A stretch of 64,000 bases of DNA from a virus. The stretch lies in the IMG/VR virus record IMGVR_UViG_3300032268_001605, positions 1 through 64,000 of that record; one strand, given 5' to 3'. The number at the start of each line of letters is the position of its first letter. Position 1 is the first letter of the stretch. Below, piece after piece: positions 31,153 to 41,528 of this stretch. The position numbers were made by a program, and so were the translations under genes. The notes beneath the pieces are model-generated. The model ran no database searches and was not told the DNA's origin. It saw only the letters and a program-made list of their open reading frames with translations.

Positions 31153-31857
31153 TTATTTGGCAACAATTACCATAACTTTCTCAGATTGTGATTCAGTCAA
31201 TCTATGATATCCATCTATCACAAAATAATTATCATCTACTTCTAGAACCAGACCTTTTGGGATAAGCGGGTAATGATAGTAAGACAAATCCTCCGATTGA
31301 ACCTTTTTCAGATGTGATTTTTGACTAAAGATAATTTTAGATTTTTTTACATATTCTATAGTATAATTCTTATCTAATAGTTTATCTAATATAGTACCAT
31401 ATTCTAATTTTAGGAGGTAAAAAACTATATCCCTCAAGTCATCAAGCTCCTCAATTTTGTCTAAATCACTAACGATTTTATTGAAAATTTCTGGGTTGAT
31501 AAAAATACTATTAATTTCCTCACCGTAAAATCCATTATCAATTGTATAAAACCAATTACCTAAATCCCAAATTCTATAATGAGATAAAATTCTATCGACA
31601 CAATATTCAAAAACAACATTAGCATCATAACCAAATAATAACCCAGTTATGGTATTATTTCTATCCTTGTTTTTTCCTGAACCGAAATATCTCCTGACTA
31701 TCTTAGCTCTGACCGATGGTAAATCCACACCAGTCAATGTCACTGATACTATTGTAGCACACCTACAAACCCCTTCTTCGTGGCAGCCGTGTTCCTTACA
31801 GTTGTTTTTTTCAACTGTCTCGTATTTAACGGAGTCTATAAAATCATTTGTTATCAT
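31153..31857 (-). CDS. Hypothetical protein, Cys cluster plus ParB/Srx-like C-terminus
   Basis: C...GC...GVCRC; VIDGYHRL. Confidence 0.55.
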   Translation of the reverse strand: MITNDFIDSVKYETVEKNNCKEHGCHEEGVCRCATIVSVTLTGVDLPSVRAKIVRRYFGSGKNKDRNNTITGLLFGYDANVVFEYCVDRILSHYRIWDLGNWFYTIDNGFYGEEINSIFINPEIFNKIVSDLDKIEELDDLRDIVFYLLKLEYGTILDKLLDKNYTIEYVKKSKIIFSQKSHLKKVQSEDLSYYHYPLIPKGLVLEVDDNYFVIDGYHRLTESQSEKVMVIVAK

Positions 31858-32294
31858 TACTTGATATTTGGTAAAATAAGTCTTCCATCAACCATTCCAA
31901 TATGGTAGTCAGTCCAACTATCTCTATCAATTTTTCCCTCAACTTTATCAAGGTAGTTCTTGTAAAGACCGATGATATTTCCCTTACCAATCGGATTCAT
32001 GGAGTGCACAATGAAATCCGGAAGTTCCATTTCACCGTCTATACATATATCTAACAGGTAATCAGCAGCATCTTTGCCGTTCCACTCCCTGCCACTCCCA
32101 TCAAAACTATCTATATCGTGATCGAAAGAAACTAAGTCTATATTTTGAATGTTTTGGTCGACATATTTTGTGAAGTCGAAATAATTTCTTATTACAACCC
32201 AATCGTACCCGTCAAAGTTTGGTACCAAGTTGTTGACAAACTGAGGTGCCCTTTCGTCATCTAGGAATATGGCTAGTTTTTTATCTTTTTGCAT
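31857..32294 (-). CDS. Cyclic-phosphate-processing receiver-like domain protein
   Basis: IFLDDER, SFDHD, G.D, HSMNPIG. Confidence 0.78.
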   Translation of the reverse strand: MQKDKKLAIFLDDERAPQFVNNLVPNFDGYDWVVIRNYFDFTKYVDQNIQNIDLVSFDHDIDSFDGSGREWNGKDAADYLLDICIDGEMELPDFIVHSMNPIGKGNIIGLYKNYLDKVEGKIDRDSWTDYHIGMVDGRLILPNIK

Positions 32295-32742
32295 AATTTT
32301 CTAAAAATTTTTTTTCAGCTCTTCTTAAATTTTCAATACCCTTCTCATTAATTAAATCTAATACCGTATCTAAGTCTGTGTTTACTTCTACCCACCCATC
32401 CACTTTGTCTATGAATAAATCAAATATTCTGTGCAGTGAGGGTCTAATGTGTTCCTTCACCTTCAAAAAATCGTATTGGTTCTTTAGTACCGATTGGCTT
32501 ATGTCCCTTGTATGTTGGAAAATTAGATTGTTCACTAAAATTCCCCTATACTTGTCCATTTCCTTGGGTTGGCAAATGACTATCATATTGTAAAAATCCC
32601 ACTTATCTTCCCAGTCCAAACTAGCATCAAAATTTACTTGTGCAAGGTTAGTCCTATCTACCTCACTAAGGTTAGTATATTCCCAAATCACGGTATCCAC
32701 CTGTCTGGAGTAGTTTATGTGGTAAATTCTGTGTTTCTTCAT
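32281..32742 (-). CDS. Hypothetical protein with DUF6576-like C-terminus
   Basis: DLDTVLDLINEKGIENLRRAEKKFLE. Confidence 0.55.
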   Translation of the reverse strand: MKKHRIYHINYSRQVDTVIWEYTNLSEVDRTNLAQVNFDASLDWEDKWDFYNMIVICQPKEMDKYRGILVNNLIFQHTRDISQSVLKNQYDFLKVKEHIRPSLHRIFDLFIDKVDGWVEVNTDLDTVLDLINEKGIENLRRAEKKFLENYAKR

Positions 32743-32760
32743 GTAAGATCATGATATATA

Positions 32761-33936
32761 TTAAACACTTACTTCATTTTTTTGTCTAGACTTCCAAAAA
32801 TTTAAAATTTCAAGGTATCCACCTAATTCACTTCTGTTAATTTTTGTACAGTGTTCTCCACTCTTCTCTGTGTGTTCGACTTCGAGTGTCATTCCGTTCC
32901 AGCTCATACTCCTGAATTCGATTTCAGTTTCCCTTAGGAACTCACTTATTTCTTTCTTTTCCCTTTCTATTCTCCCTCGGCTCATGTCCACCTCTGATAC
33001 TTCACCACTGCTGTCTACTTCGAAATATGATACGTGATTGTCGAACTCTTCGTCTATGAACCAATTTTTCTTCTTTTCCTTCTTAAACGATCGGTAATTA
33101 TATTCCCAAATATCATCCCCTAAATCGTTATAGTAGGAATATCTGCTACGGCTCTCACATATTTTCTGATCACGTTCAACAGGCAAACCTTCCCAATCTA
33201 CCAAAGATGCAACCCTACATAATTTCTCTAAGTGTAGAATGTCTTGCGTCTCTCTCCCAGTATGCTCATTTTGATAACCTACTGAAATATTCGTACATTC
33301 TGGATATATTGACATAAACTGATATGAATCAGTGTAAACACCAGTTGGATCTGCACTATAGTTGAAGTCACATAGTATAGTATCTTCCACTTTAGATTTT
33401 CTATTCAATTCCATAGAAAGTGCCTCAGCAAAAGTTTCTGAGCAACATCTACTACTAGATTGAAAAGTAATTACTGAACCAGTACCACGTCTATCAAATG
33501 AAATTACCTTTTTTATATTTGGAAGTGGATTCTCTCTGTGTAGTTTTGATACAGCTTTTGAACCGATACAGCCCCTTTCCTCTCCTAAAAAGAAATAATA
33601 TAATCCAGGGATACCTTTCTCTATTAGATAGATCATAATTGTTACACCTGCTTTATCATCAGCACCTAATATGGAAGTTCCATCTGTTTTAATCAAATTC
33701 CCTTCAAATATGTGATTTACTGCCCTTTTATCACTGGAGGCAGTATCTAAGTGTGAAGTAAACATTGTATTGGGACTTTCACCTAATTGGATGTATAGAT
33801 TACCGAATTCGTCTGAATGAAGTCCACTTGGTAATAAGTGAAACAAGCCTGACTCAGTGCCGTGTGGATAAGTTTCTGATGTTAATTTTAAAAATGTTTC
33901 CTTAATATTCATTGTAAGTAATTTTTGATAATACAA
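32761..33936 (-). CDS. M28/M20-family zinc peptidase-like protein
   Basis: SHLDT, LGADDKAG, GEERG, FDRRG, NISVGY..EH. Confidence 0.85.
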   Translation of the reverse strand: MYYQKLLTMNIKETFLKLTSETYPHGTESGLFHLLPSGLHSDEFGNLYIQLGESPNTMFTSHLDTASSDKRAVNHIFEGNLIKTDGTSILGADDKAGVTIMIYLIEKGIPGLYYFFLGEERGCIGSKAVSKLHRENPLPNIKKVISFDRRGTGSVITFQSSSRCCSETFAEALSMELNRKSKVEDTILCDFNYSADPTGVYTDSYQFMSIYPECTNISVGYQNEHTGRETQDILHLEKLCRVASLVDWEGLPVERDQKICESRSRYSYYNDLGDDIWEYNYRSFKKEKKKNWFIDEEFDNHVSYFEVDSSGEVSEVDMSRGRIEREKKEISEFLRETEIEFRSMSWNGMTLEVEHTEKSGEHCTKINRSELGGYLEILNFWKSRQKNEVSV

Positions 33937-34002
33937 ATATAAATAAAAAAATTAACATTTAAAAATTTTTCAACACAATTTTTTTATATATATACTTTCA
34001 TT

Positions 34003-36294
34003 ATGGCGAATATATCAACTAATACTACCACAGGCGAATTAATATTAAGTGACTCTTGGTCTATATCAGCAACCGGACCCAGTGGACCACCTCAGTTTTC
34101 TCAAGCTGGTGATGAATTTATCTACAGTTATATAAATTTAGAACACGTTGAGACTCTTAAAAATTTCAACTTTGATTACACTGGGCAAACCGAATTGAGA
34201 TATTTAGAAGTTTACTACCGAATTAGTAGAGATCAAATTGCATGGACAGATTGGTTATCAATCACAGATAATAAACTTACACTTAGAAATGATTCTATAA
34301 GCTTTTATGAAAATACTACACGTATCACTAACTTTCCACCATTTAGTTCAAGAGACACTATGTTTCTTGACCTTAAGTTTACAAGAGAGGGACTTTCGAA
34401 TATTGGAAACATAAAATTACTAGAATATCAACTTCAAGGAACACTTGAGAGGAATATAGTAGACGGACTTAGTCAAGTTGCGTTAACAACCACTACCGAC
34501 CCGGTTATAATAAAACCACCGTTTATTTATAAAGTTTTCAAAATTGAAGATATTGAAATCATTTCAAATAGCACAATAGATGTAGACTTTACAGTCAAAT
34601 ATAGATTTTCACAAGATTATGGTAAATCTGTTACAGACTGGGAATTCTTAACAAAAGAAAATATAAGTTCAGCTAGAATTACACCAATTAGATTTTTCCA
34701 AATTGAATACCTCCTGCAAGTTAACAACACATCAGTAATTATCTATGACATCAACCTAATTGGGGATTTTCAAAACGTGAGCCTAGACTACTTCAAAACT
34801 AATTTATATGGAATTCGAGAAGATTGCAATTGTTTGAAATTGGGTATCGTAAATGATCCATCGACTTTTCCCGAAATTCATCCCGGTGTAGAGATTAAAA
34901 CACTACCTACTGGCGTGGAAGCTCTTTCACCTCTACCCCAATTATCAAATGAACAACAGGCAAACCTGTTTAAACCTTACCAATTACAACAAGCTACTGA
35001 CTTGCTGAATAAAATGAGTAATGATGCTAATTCAATTTTCGGACACGAGGTTGTTTATTTTCTAACTGACCCAGATAAAAAAGGAATTGATTACTCTTTC
35101 CATGAATATCAACTCTATAACTTTGTATCTGAATGTCTTATTAAAGTTTCTGTAGAAAATAATCAATTTCCTGAGAATACCGGAGCTATAAACCAATTCG
35201 ACCTCTCACTTTTTGACTCTTTTGAAATTCATATTCCTAAAAAAGTTTTTAAAGAATCATTTGGTGCAGATAAAAGACCATCTAAAGAAGACTTCTTGTG
35301 GTTTTGCGATATAAATAAAATGTTTCTTGTAGAACACTCACAAGCTTTTAGAAGTTTCAATAATAATTCTATCTATTATAAACTCATGTTGAAAAAATAC
35401 AATCAAAAAGCAAATGTTATTGGTAATAATAAAACAATTTCAGATAAACTCAATGCACTCACAAGAAATTCAACTATTGATGAGTTATTTGGATTAGAAA
35501 ATCAACAAGATAAAGACTCTGTTGCTAACCAAAATCAATTTAGAACACTCACTCAAGACCCAGTCAGATCTATTATCAGTGCACAAATTGTTAAAGAATT
35601 TGTCTTCAATGCAGAGAATATAATAAGCAATTACCATTACGACCTATCCACTGTAAACTTTACAGCAACACAGTCTAACCCAGCAGTAATCTATCAAAAC
35701 TTCAAAAGATATTTCAATGAAGGTAGTAACCTCTCTTTTATGTGTTGGTTTAATATTAATAACTTTGCTATAAACGATAATTATCATCTTTTTAACTACT
35801 ATGATAACACCAATCTTTTTGGTTTTGATGTTAACATAACAAATAATATTTCTACCGTGAAGTGGAACTCCAATAGTTACTCTATGACACTCAATAACTC
35901 ACTTGAAGAAGAAACTTGGTATGGTTATTTAGTAAATGTGAACCAAAGACAAAGAAAAATAACCCAATACATCTATAAAAGAAATGTAGATGATGAAGAA
36001 GATGCAGAACAATTGACATCAACCCACTTGAGACAAGTTTATAAAATGGAAGAGGACTTGACACCAGTAATATTCACCTTAGATGGTATTGAAGCTAAGT
36101 TATTAAGTTCTGACATGAAAATTACCAATATTAGACTATTCACTGAAACAGTACCTGAAACAGAAATTAATAAACTTATGAACCAGAATATACTGAGAGA
36201 TGATACTAAATATTTACTATTAGGTGATAACGCTAATAAAAAATTAGTCCTACCTAATTTTTCAATTGGTCAAATTGGTGAAGGTGAGGTTTAA
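34003..36294 (+). CDS. Large putative virion structural protein (central region resembles T4 gp14-like neck protein)
   Basis: G..V.YF, FEIHIPK..F, P...D..W, YYKL.L.KY; beta-rich termini; TATATA late-type element upstream. Confidence 0.55.
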   Translation: MANISTNTTTGELILSDSWSISATGPSGPPQFSQAGDEFIYSYINLEHVETLKNFNFDYTGQTELRYLEVYYRISRDQIAWTDWLSITDNKLTLRNDSISFYENTTRITNFPPFSSRDTMFLDLKFTREGLSNIGNIKLLEYQLQGTLERNIVDGLSQVALTTTTDPVIIKPPFIYKVFKIEDIEIISNSTIDVDFTVKYRFSQDYGKSVTDWEFLTKENISSARITPIRFFQIEYLLQVNNTSVIIYDINLIGDFQNVSLDYFKTNLYGIREDCNCLKLGIVNDPSTFPEIHPGVEIKTLPTGVEALSPLPQLSNEQQANLFKPYQLQQATDLLNKMSNDANSIFGHEVVYFLTDPDKKGIDYSFHEYQLYNFVSECLIKVSVENNQFPENTGAINQFDLSLFDSFEIHIPKKVFKESFGADKRPSKEDFLWFCDINKMFLVEHSQAFRSFNNNSIYYKLMLKKYNQKANVIGNNKTISDKLNALTRNSTIDELFGLENQQDKDSVANQNQFRTLTQDPVRSIISAQIVKEFVFNAENIISNYHYDLSTVNFTATQSNPAVIYQNFKRYFNEGSNLSFMCWFNINNFAINDNYHLFNYYDNTNLFGFDVNITNNISTVKWNSNSYSMTLNNSLEEETWYGYLVNVNQRQRKITQYIYKRNVDDEEDAEQLTSTHLRQVYKMEEDLTPVIFTLDGIEAKLLSSDMKITNIRLFTETVPETEINKLMNQNILRDDTKYLLLGDNANKKLVLPNFSIGQIGEGEV

Positions 36295-36307
36295 AAATAA
36301 AAATACT

Positions 36308-36711
36308 ATGGATTTAAATAAGAATTGGACAAGGGAAGATAATGATAAAATGAGAGAATTTATAAAAGAAAATAAATCTCCTGAATTTATAAGAAACTAT
36401 TTTAAAAATGATAAGCTTTTTTATCACCCAAAAAAAAAATACTATCAAAGTAAAAAACCTCAGTTATACCAACATTCAAAAAGAAAATAGAAAATTTTGA
36501 GGGGTACATTACTGAAATAAAATATGAAGAATTAAAAACAGATTTTTCTTTTGATTTTGAAAAATCATCTTTTTTTGAAGACGAATTCAACTACATATAT
36601 AAATTTCAAACCATTTCTGGTAATAGATACGTTGTTGACTTTATTTACTTAAAAGATACAATCGGTGAGTGCAAAAATGAGAATATATACAATATATCAT
36701 TTACACGATAG
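36308..36711 (+). pseudogene. Frameshifted hypothetical gene
   Basis: MDLNKNW... frame stops at 36490; the -1 frame opens within the A6 run 36452-36457 and continues (TSVIPTFKKK...SFTR) to TAG 36711. Confidence 0.5.
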
Positions 36712-36832
36712 GAAATATTAATTTTAATTTTTTAATTTTTTAACATATATTATATATAAAAGCTCTGTATGTACCTTTAAACTTAATTCTATATAATTAT
36801 ATAAAAACAAATAGATTTTAATTCTAATATTT

Positions 36833-38317
36833 ATGAACAATCAGGAAAAATTGAATAAATTAGACTACCTGAGGAAAAAAGCTTCTGAATTGAAAATGGA
36901 CGTTGATTACTATAACAGTCTCCAATTATCGCTGAAGTTGATCCTTAACGGTAGTTATTTTTAGCCCCCACTAGCAATAGTGGGGGTGATTTAAGGAGCA
37001 TTCGCCACGCCATATTTTATACTTTTCAATCCAAATGTAGCAGGCACAATAACAGCAGAAGGTCGTAATCTAACCAAAACCATGTCTGATGACAATGAAA
37101 GATATTGGTATACTATGTGGCATACTGAATCTTGGGTTCATGAAAAACTTAAGATTAAAAATGTTACACAAATACCTGATAATCAACATGTTAGTGTCTA
37201 TGGGGATACTGACAGCGTCTTTGTAGGATTTGAACCAGCAATCAATTCTTGTGAGTGGAAGAATCAATTATTTAATTCTGAATACTTGAATTCAGTTGAT
37301 AAACCTTTTACTATACTTACTAAGTCTAAATTTAAGGCTAAGTTTTCTAATTCTAACCTACAGTCAGCCATACTAATTGATAAGTTAGATGATGTAACTG
37401 AAAACAAAATAAAGATTGCTTTACAAAAATCCAAGGTAGTTCTGGTTGATGGTGAGTTTGTCAAAGATTGGAATTTAGATAAAATCTTAAATGATTACCC
37501 CTTAGAGGTTTATTATAATTGGCAAAGAGAACTAGACTTCATTCACGGGATTGACAAAGTAAGGTTCGCAGATTATTTTAAACAGTGTTTAGATGATTTG
37601 GCAGCTTCCTACGGTGTTGACAACAAACAAGATTTTGAGTTAGAGAGGGTTTCTGAATCAATTATTAATATTGCTAAGAAGAAGTATATTCAACATATTG
37701 TATATGAAGATGGTATACCTTACGATAGATTGACTTACATATTCCCTAAAGGTGTTGAACTCGTTAGATCTTCTACACCTCTATTTGCCAGAGATAAGAT
37801 TATTGGTATCGTTAAATATCTTTTTGAACATCCTGATACCTTCAATATTAAGGAGTTATTGAAACTGGTTAAGAATTTAAGAAAGGAATTTGACTTATGT
37901 GTACCTGATAGAATTGATGAAATATCAATGCAGTCTTCTTGTTCAAAGTATGAAGAAAAGGTTTTGAATGACAAGGATAAATTAGAATTTGCTACGGGTG
38001 CACACTTTGCTGTTAAAGCTAGTGCCCATTTTAACTATCTACTTCATAGAAATAAGAATTTACAATATAAGTATGAGTTTATTAAATCTGGAACAAAGAT
38101 AAAATATTATTATTGCAAAGACAAATCTCTCAATGATATATTTGCTTACATCAGAGGTTCTTTTCCAGTTGAAATGAATCCACCAGAAATAGATCTTGAT
38201 ACACAGTTCGAGAAATGTATCCTATCTCCGATAAATTCGATTATCGAACCCTTGGGATTACCACTAATAAATAAAAGATTATCAGTTGTAATGGATATTT
38301 TTAGTTCTGGGTTTTAA
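36833..38317 (+). CDS. polB: Family B DNA polymerase, C-terminal subunit (fingers/palm/thumb), interrupted by a 36-nt insertion
   Basis: ATG 36833 ...QLSLKLILNGSY | GAFA...AGTITAEGR...YGDTDS...AKKKY...KGVELVRSSTP, all one frame; no exonuclease domain or motif A. Confidence 0.88.
36959..36994 (+). other. 36-nt in-frame insertion with TAG and TAA stops and a perfect GC-rich GCAA-tetraloop hairpin inside polB motif B
   Basis: TTT TAG CCCCCACTA-GCAA-TAGTGGGGG TG ATT TAA between the TAT (Tyr) and GGA (Gly) codons. Confidence 0.85.
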
Positions 38318-38351
38318 AAAAAAAGAGTCACCAAATGGTGACTCTTTTTTT
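38318..38351. terminator. Bidirectional terminator
   Basis: aaaaaagagtcacca-aa-tggtgactctttttt. Confidence 0.8.
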
Positions 38352-39435
38352 ATATATTCAAGTTTTTTTCTAATAAGAGTTGTTTAGTTGAAAATCTAAT
38401 TACTTTGTCCGCATCTCTAGTTTCGAAGTTAGGTAATTTAATTTCATCTAAAGTTTCATCATCTGATTTTTCTGTCTGTAGATACAATGGGTCTATTTCG
38501 TTGAGAGGTACCTTGATTATGAAATAAGATTTGTCATTAGCTACAATTAATATGTCAGTTGTTATTTTTCTTACATCTCCTGCTGAGACTAGCTCAATAT
38601 AATCAGATGTTCTTGACTTAATTCTCGCTAAAGGTTTTACTTGTATGGTAACTTTTCTCCTATTGTTTATAATTGCAAAAGCATCTATACCCTTTTTATC
38701 TTCCTCGGTAGTTGGCTTTTTAAATTCTATCTGAGTGCCTTTGCCAAGTTCTATCGTATAATCACCAAAAACTTTGAGTGCTCTATCTTCTGTATCTTTA
38801 CCTTTTAGAGTTGTTATCTCCATTATTCTGTAATATTTATCAAAATATTTTCCTTTAATATTAAAAATATCAAACTTATTTTCTTCTAAAAAATCCAATA
38901 ATTCTCTATAATCATTTGATAAATTGAAATCTCTAATAATTGCCATTCTAAAAGTTCTGTTGTTTACCCACTTTGATAAATATTCCGTGTTTAAAATTAC
39001 ACCCTTTTCATCAACTATTCTATTTGATTTAAATGGATCTATATGTGAATAATATTCTTTAATTATATCTGCAATAGTATTCATGACTATTTTATTTTCA
39101 TCATCTGTATATGTGGCACCTATTTCATCGTAAAATATTTTTCTACTATAATCAATTGTACCAGCCTCATTTTTAGCCACAACCTTTAAAATATTTTCAC
39201 CTGGTTCAAGTTTAATTTTTTCGGCGAATAACTTTCCATTTTTCACCTTATAATTCAATTTACTAACAAATTCACCATTTAATTTTAACCATATTTGCCC
39301 ATCATCTGCCCATTTTACTATTGCTTCAACACTAATAAATGAGTCATATGTTTTTCTATCTTCTGATGGAGAAATAAAATTTATAGTAGGTCTATACTTT
39401 GGAATAAATTTATTATATTCAAGTAAAAATTTCAT
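38350..39435 (-). CDS. Hypothetical protein: Ig-like N-terminus plus PD-(D/E)xK-like C-terminus
   Basis: L.PGEN...V.A.N..G; E......F...ED..GID......IQVK. Confidence 0.55.
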   Translation of the reverse strand: MKFLLEYNKFIPKYRPTINFISPSEDRKTYDSFISVEAIVKWADDGQIWLKLNGEFVSKLNYKVKNGKLFAEKIKLEPGENILKVVAKNEAGTIDYSRKIFYDEIGATYTDDENKIVMNTIADIIKEYYSHIDPFKSNRIVDEKGVILNTEYLSKWVNNRTFRMAIIRDFNLSNDYRELLDFLEENKFDIFNIKGKYFDKYYRIMEITTLKGKDTEDRALKVFGDYTIELGKGTQIEFKKPTTEEDKKGIDAFAIINNRRKVTIQVKPLARIKSRTSDYIELVSAGDVRKITTDILIVANDKSYFIIKVPLNEIDPLYLQTEKSDDETLDEIKLPNFETRDADKVIRFSTKQLLLEKNLNI

Positions 39436-39480
39436 TCGATAATTAATTTTAGTTATATATTAAAAATTATATATAGTAAT

Positions 39481-40116
39481 ATGAAGTACCTAAAAATATT
39501 TGAAAACTTTGATATACAGCTCTCTGAAGAGATTGAGGATATCTTGAATAGTCTTACTGATAGAAAATTCATTATTAAAAAGAAGGAACCAATTGTTGAT
39601 GATTTAGGTAAAATTGAATTAGTATTCGATATTGATAAAAAATTCCAAGTTATACAAGATTTAAATATTTTGATAGAATTCAACCAATCAATATCTGATC
39701 TAACTACAGCTCTCAATAGATTTAATCATTTTTATCAAGGTAAGATTAAATTAACCGTTGATTTTTCGAAACCGGAAATCAAATTGGATTTACCAATACC
39801 CGAAAATTTACAAAAATTATTTTCAGATCTTAGAAATATTTCCTTCAGAAATGATAATTGGGTATTTCTATATGCTCCTCACTATTCAAAGTTACCTAAG
39901 TGGTTGATGGTAGAATTTATTGTTAATGTGAATACTTATGAAGTTACCGCTGAAATTTATTTCGGAAAAGATCGACCAAAAGATTGGTATGATCAGAATA
40001 AACAAATTATAGATGATATTTCAAAAGAAATAATAGAACATTTTACTACAATGTACGACTTGGAGTTTCAGAGGCAAAACGAATTAACATTTGGATTTCA
40101 TTATTATTTCAAGTAA
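39481..40116 (+). CDS. Hypothetical protein with MKYLKIFENF leader
   Basis: 211 aa; resembles the IS-split gene at 57644. Confidence 0.65.
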   Translation: MKYLKIFENFDIQLSEEIEDILNSLTDRKFIIKKKEPIVDDLGKIELVFDIDKKFQVIQDLNILIEFNQSISDLTTALNRFNHFYQGKIKLTVDFSKPEIKLDLPIPENLQKLFSDLRNISFRNDNWVFLYAPHYSKLPKWLMVEFIVNVNTYEVTAEIYFGKDRPKDWYDQNKQIIDDISKEIIEHFTTMYDLEFQRQNELTFGFHYYFK

Positions 40117-40158
40117 AATAAATTCTTAGAGAAAGTCAATTTTGATATATAGTCAAAA

Positions 40159-40560
40159 TTGACTTTTTTTATGCTAATAAAATCTCACGACCTATATCCT
40201 TATTACCTACACTATTTAGAAACCAAAAAAATGAATAGTGGGGCAAAGAAACTAGCTGAAATTTCAGAGTCACTATTCTTTGATTTCCAAAAAAAATGGC
40301 AACTTCAACCAGGATTTAAGGAAAAATGGGAAAACCTACTGATATCACAAAGGAGAGATGAAAATATTGAAGTAGTTCTTGAACAAGATGTCTATGACAC
40401 TTTTTTTGAAACCTTAGATGAAAATGTATTCATTCAAGATGATAGAAATAAGAACATCGAAGAGTTATTAAAAGATGATGAATTTGAAATTTTCTTAGAT
40501 AATTTAGATATAAAAACCTCAAAACAGAATGATTTGGAAGATGACATTTTTGATTTTTAA
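40159..40560 (+). CDS. Hypothetical acidic protein
   Basis: Two R(D/N)xxIxxxL motifs, acidic tail. Confidence 0.6.
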   Translation: MTFFMLIKSHDLYPYYLHYLETKKMNSGAKKLAEISESLFFDFQKKWQLQPGFKEKWENLLISQRRDENIEVVLEQDVYDTFFETLDENVFIQDDRNKNIEELLKDDEFEIFLDNLDIKTSKQNDLEDDIFDF

Positions 40561-40952
40561 TAATCTACCCTTCTAGCTAAACCTTCAGTAATTAAATGTT
40601 CATTTACATTGAGTGAATCAAGAAGGATTATACCTAAATATCTACCCCACTTCTCACTTGAATCCTTTACTGTCTTAAGAGTTACCTCCTTACCTAAAAG
40701 GAGATTTCTGAGGTAATCTCTTGAGATTATACCCTTTTCCCTTTCTGTACCCTTCATTTCTGGGGCATCCAACCCGAATAGTCTAATTTGAACTCCCCTA
40801 CCATCAGAGCCCCTCCATTTTAATCCAAATCCTAAATCAATTTCAACCCTTATAGTGTCAGCATCATATATTTCTAAAACTGATGCTTTGTAATGGTATA
40901 AATAATCAAACATAGTAATTAATTTTTTTTTTATCACTTGATATTTTTTCAA
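40557..40952 (-). CDS. Thermonuclease (SNase-like)
   Basis: YDADTI, IDLGF, IRLFGLDAPE, KWGRYL, NEHLITEGLA. Confidence 0.9.
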   Translation of the reverse strand: MKKYQVIKKKLITMFDYLYHYKASVLEIYDADTIRVEIDLGFGLKWRGSDGRGVQIRLFGLDAPEMKGTEREKGIISRDYLRNLLLGKEVTLKTVKDSSEKWGRYLGIILLDSLNVNEHLITEGLARRVDY

Positions 40953-41025
40953 ATTTACAAGAGTGGGCTTACTTATATATTATTTTTTTTTAATATATAT
41001 TGAAAATTAAAGTTTTTTTCAGAGT

Positions 41026-41493
41026 ATGAGAAATTACAAGATATCTGATAGAGAGGCGAGATTGAATCAGATTTTGGATAGAATATTATCATTTGGTCTT
41101 AAATCACTTACTAAAAATGAAATAGAATTTTTAGAGGCTTGGGGTAATTCAGATGAAATTACTCTTGAAAGACTATTAAAAGAGGGTGATCTTAAAGAAT
41201 TTAAATCTAGTGATGGTAAATTTCTATTTACCTTTTCACATACAGTAAATCTAAAGGGTACTATAAACTATTTTGGTAGGATTACTGTACCAAATTTGAC
41301 CTTTGAAGATGGTAGTAGAATATTAGGTAGTATGAATGGATATATTTCTGTACAAAAGAACGGAGATAAAATTCCCTTCTTCCAAAGTGAAGGTCATGAT
41401 ATTATAGATTTTTGTAATGGGCTAGAATATGAATTAGATAACTTTATAGATTATGTCATTGAAACTTTAAATGATGAAAAAAATAGCCGATAA
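41026..41493 (+). CDS. Hypothetical protein with DUF6576-like N-terminus
   Basis: REARLNQILDRILSFGLKSLTKNEIEFLE. Confidence 0.6.
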   Translation: MRNYKISDREARLNQILDRILSFGLKSLTKNEIEFLEAWGNSDEITLERLLKEGDLKEFKSSDGKFLFTFSHTVNLKGTINYFGRITVPNLTFEDGSRILGSMNGYISVQKNGDKIPFFQSEGHDIIDFCNGLEYELDNFIDYVIETLNDEKNSR

Positions 41494-41528
41494 ATTTTTA
41501 ATATATAATAAAAAAATTACCTAAAGAA

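Noticed and set aside
36430-36457. Programmed -1 frameshift
   Set aside because: The shift falls in an A6 homopolymer with no clear slippery heptamer or downstream structure; mutation or sequencing error is more likely
36959-36994. Canonical self-splicing intron or ordinary terminator in polB
   Set aside because: Only 36 nt, no catalytic core and no terminal G at the productive junction; lacks the long U-tract and sits in the middle of a catalytic motif
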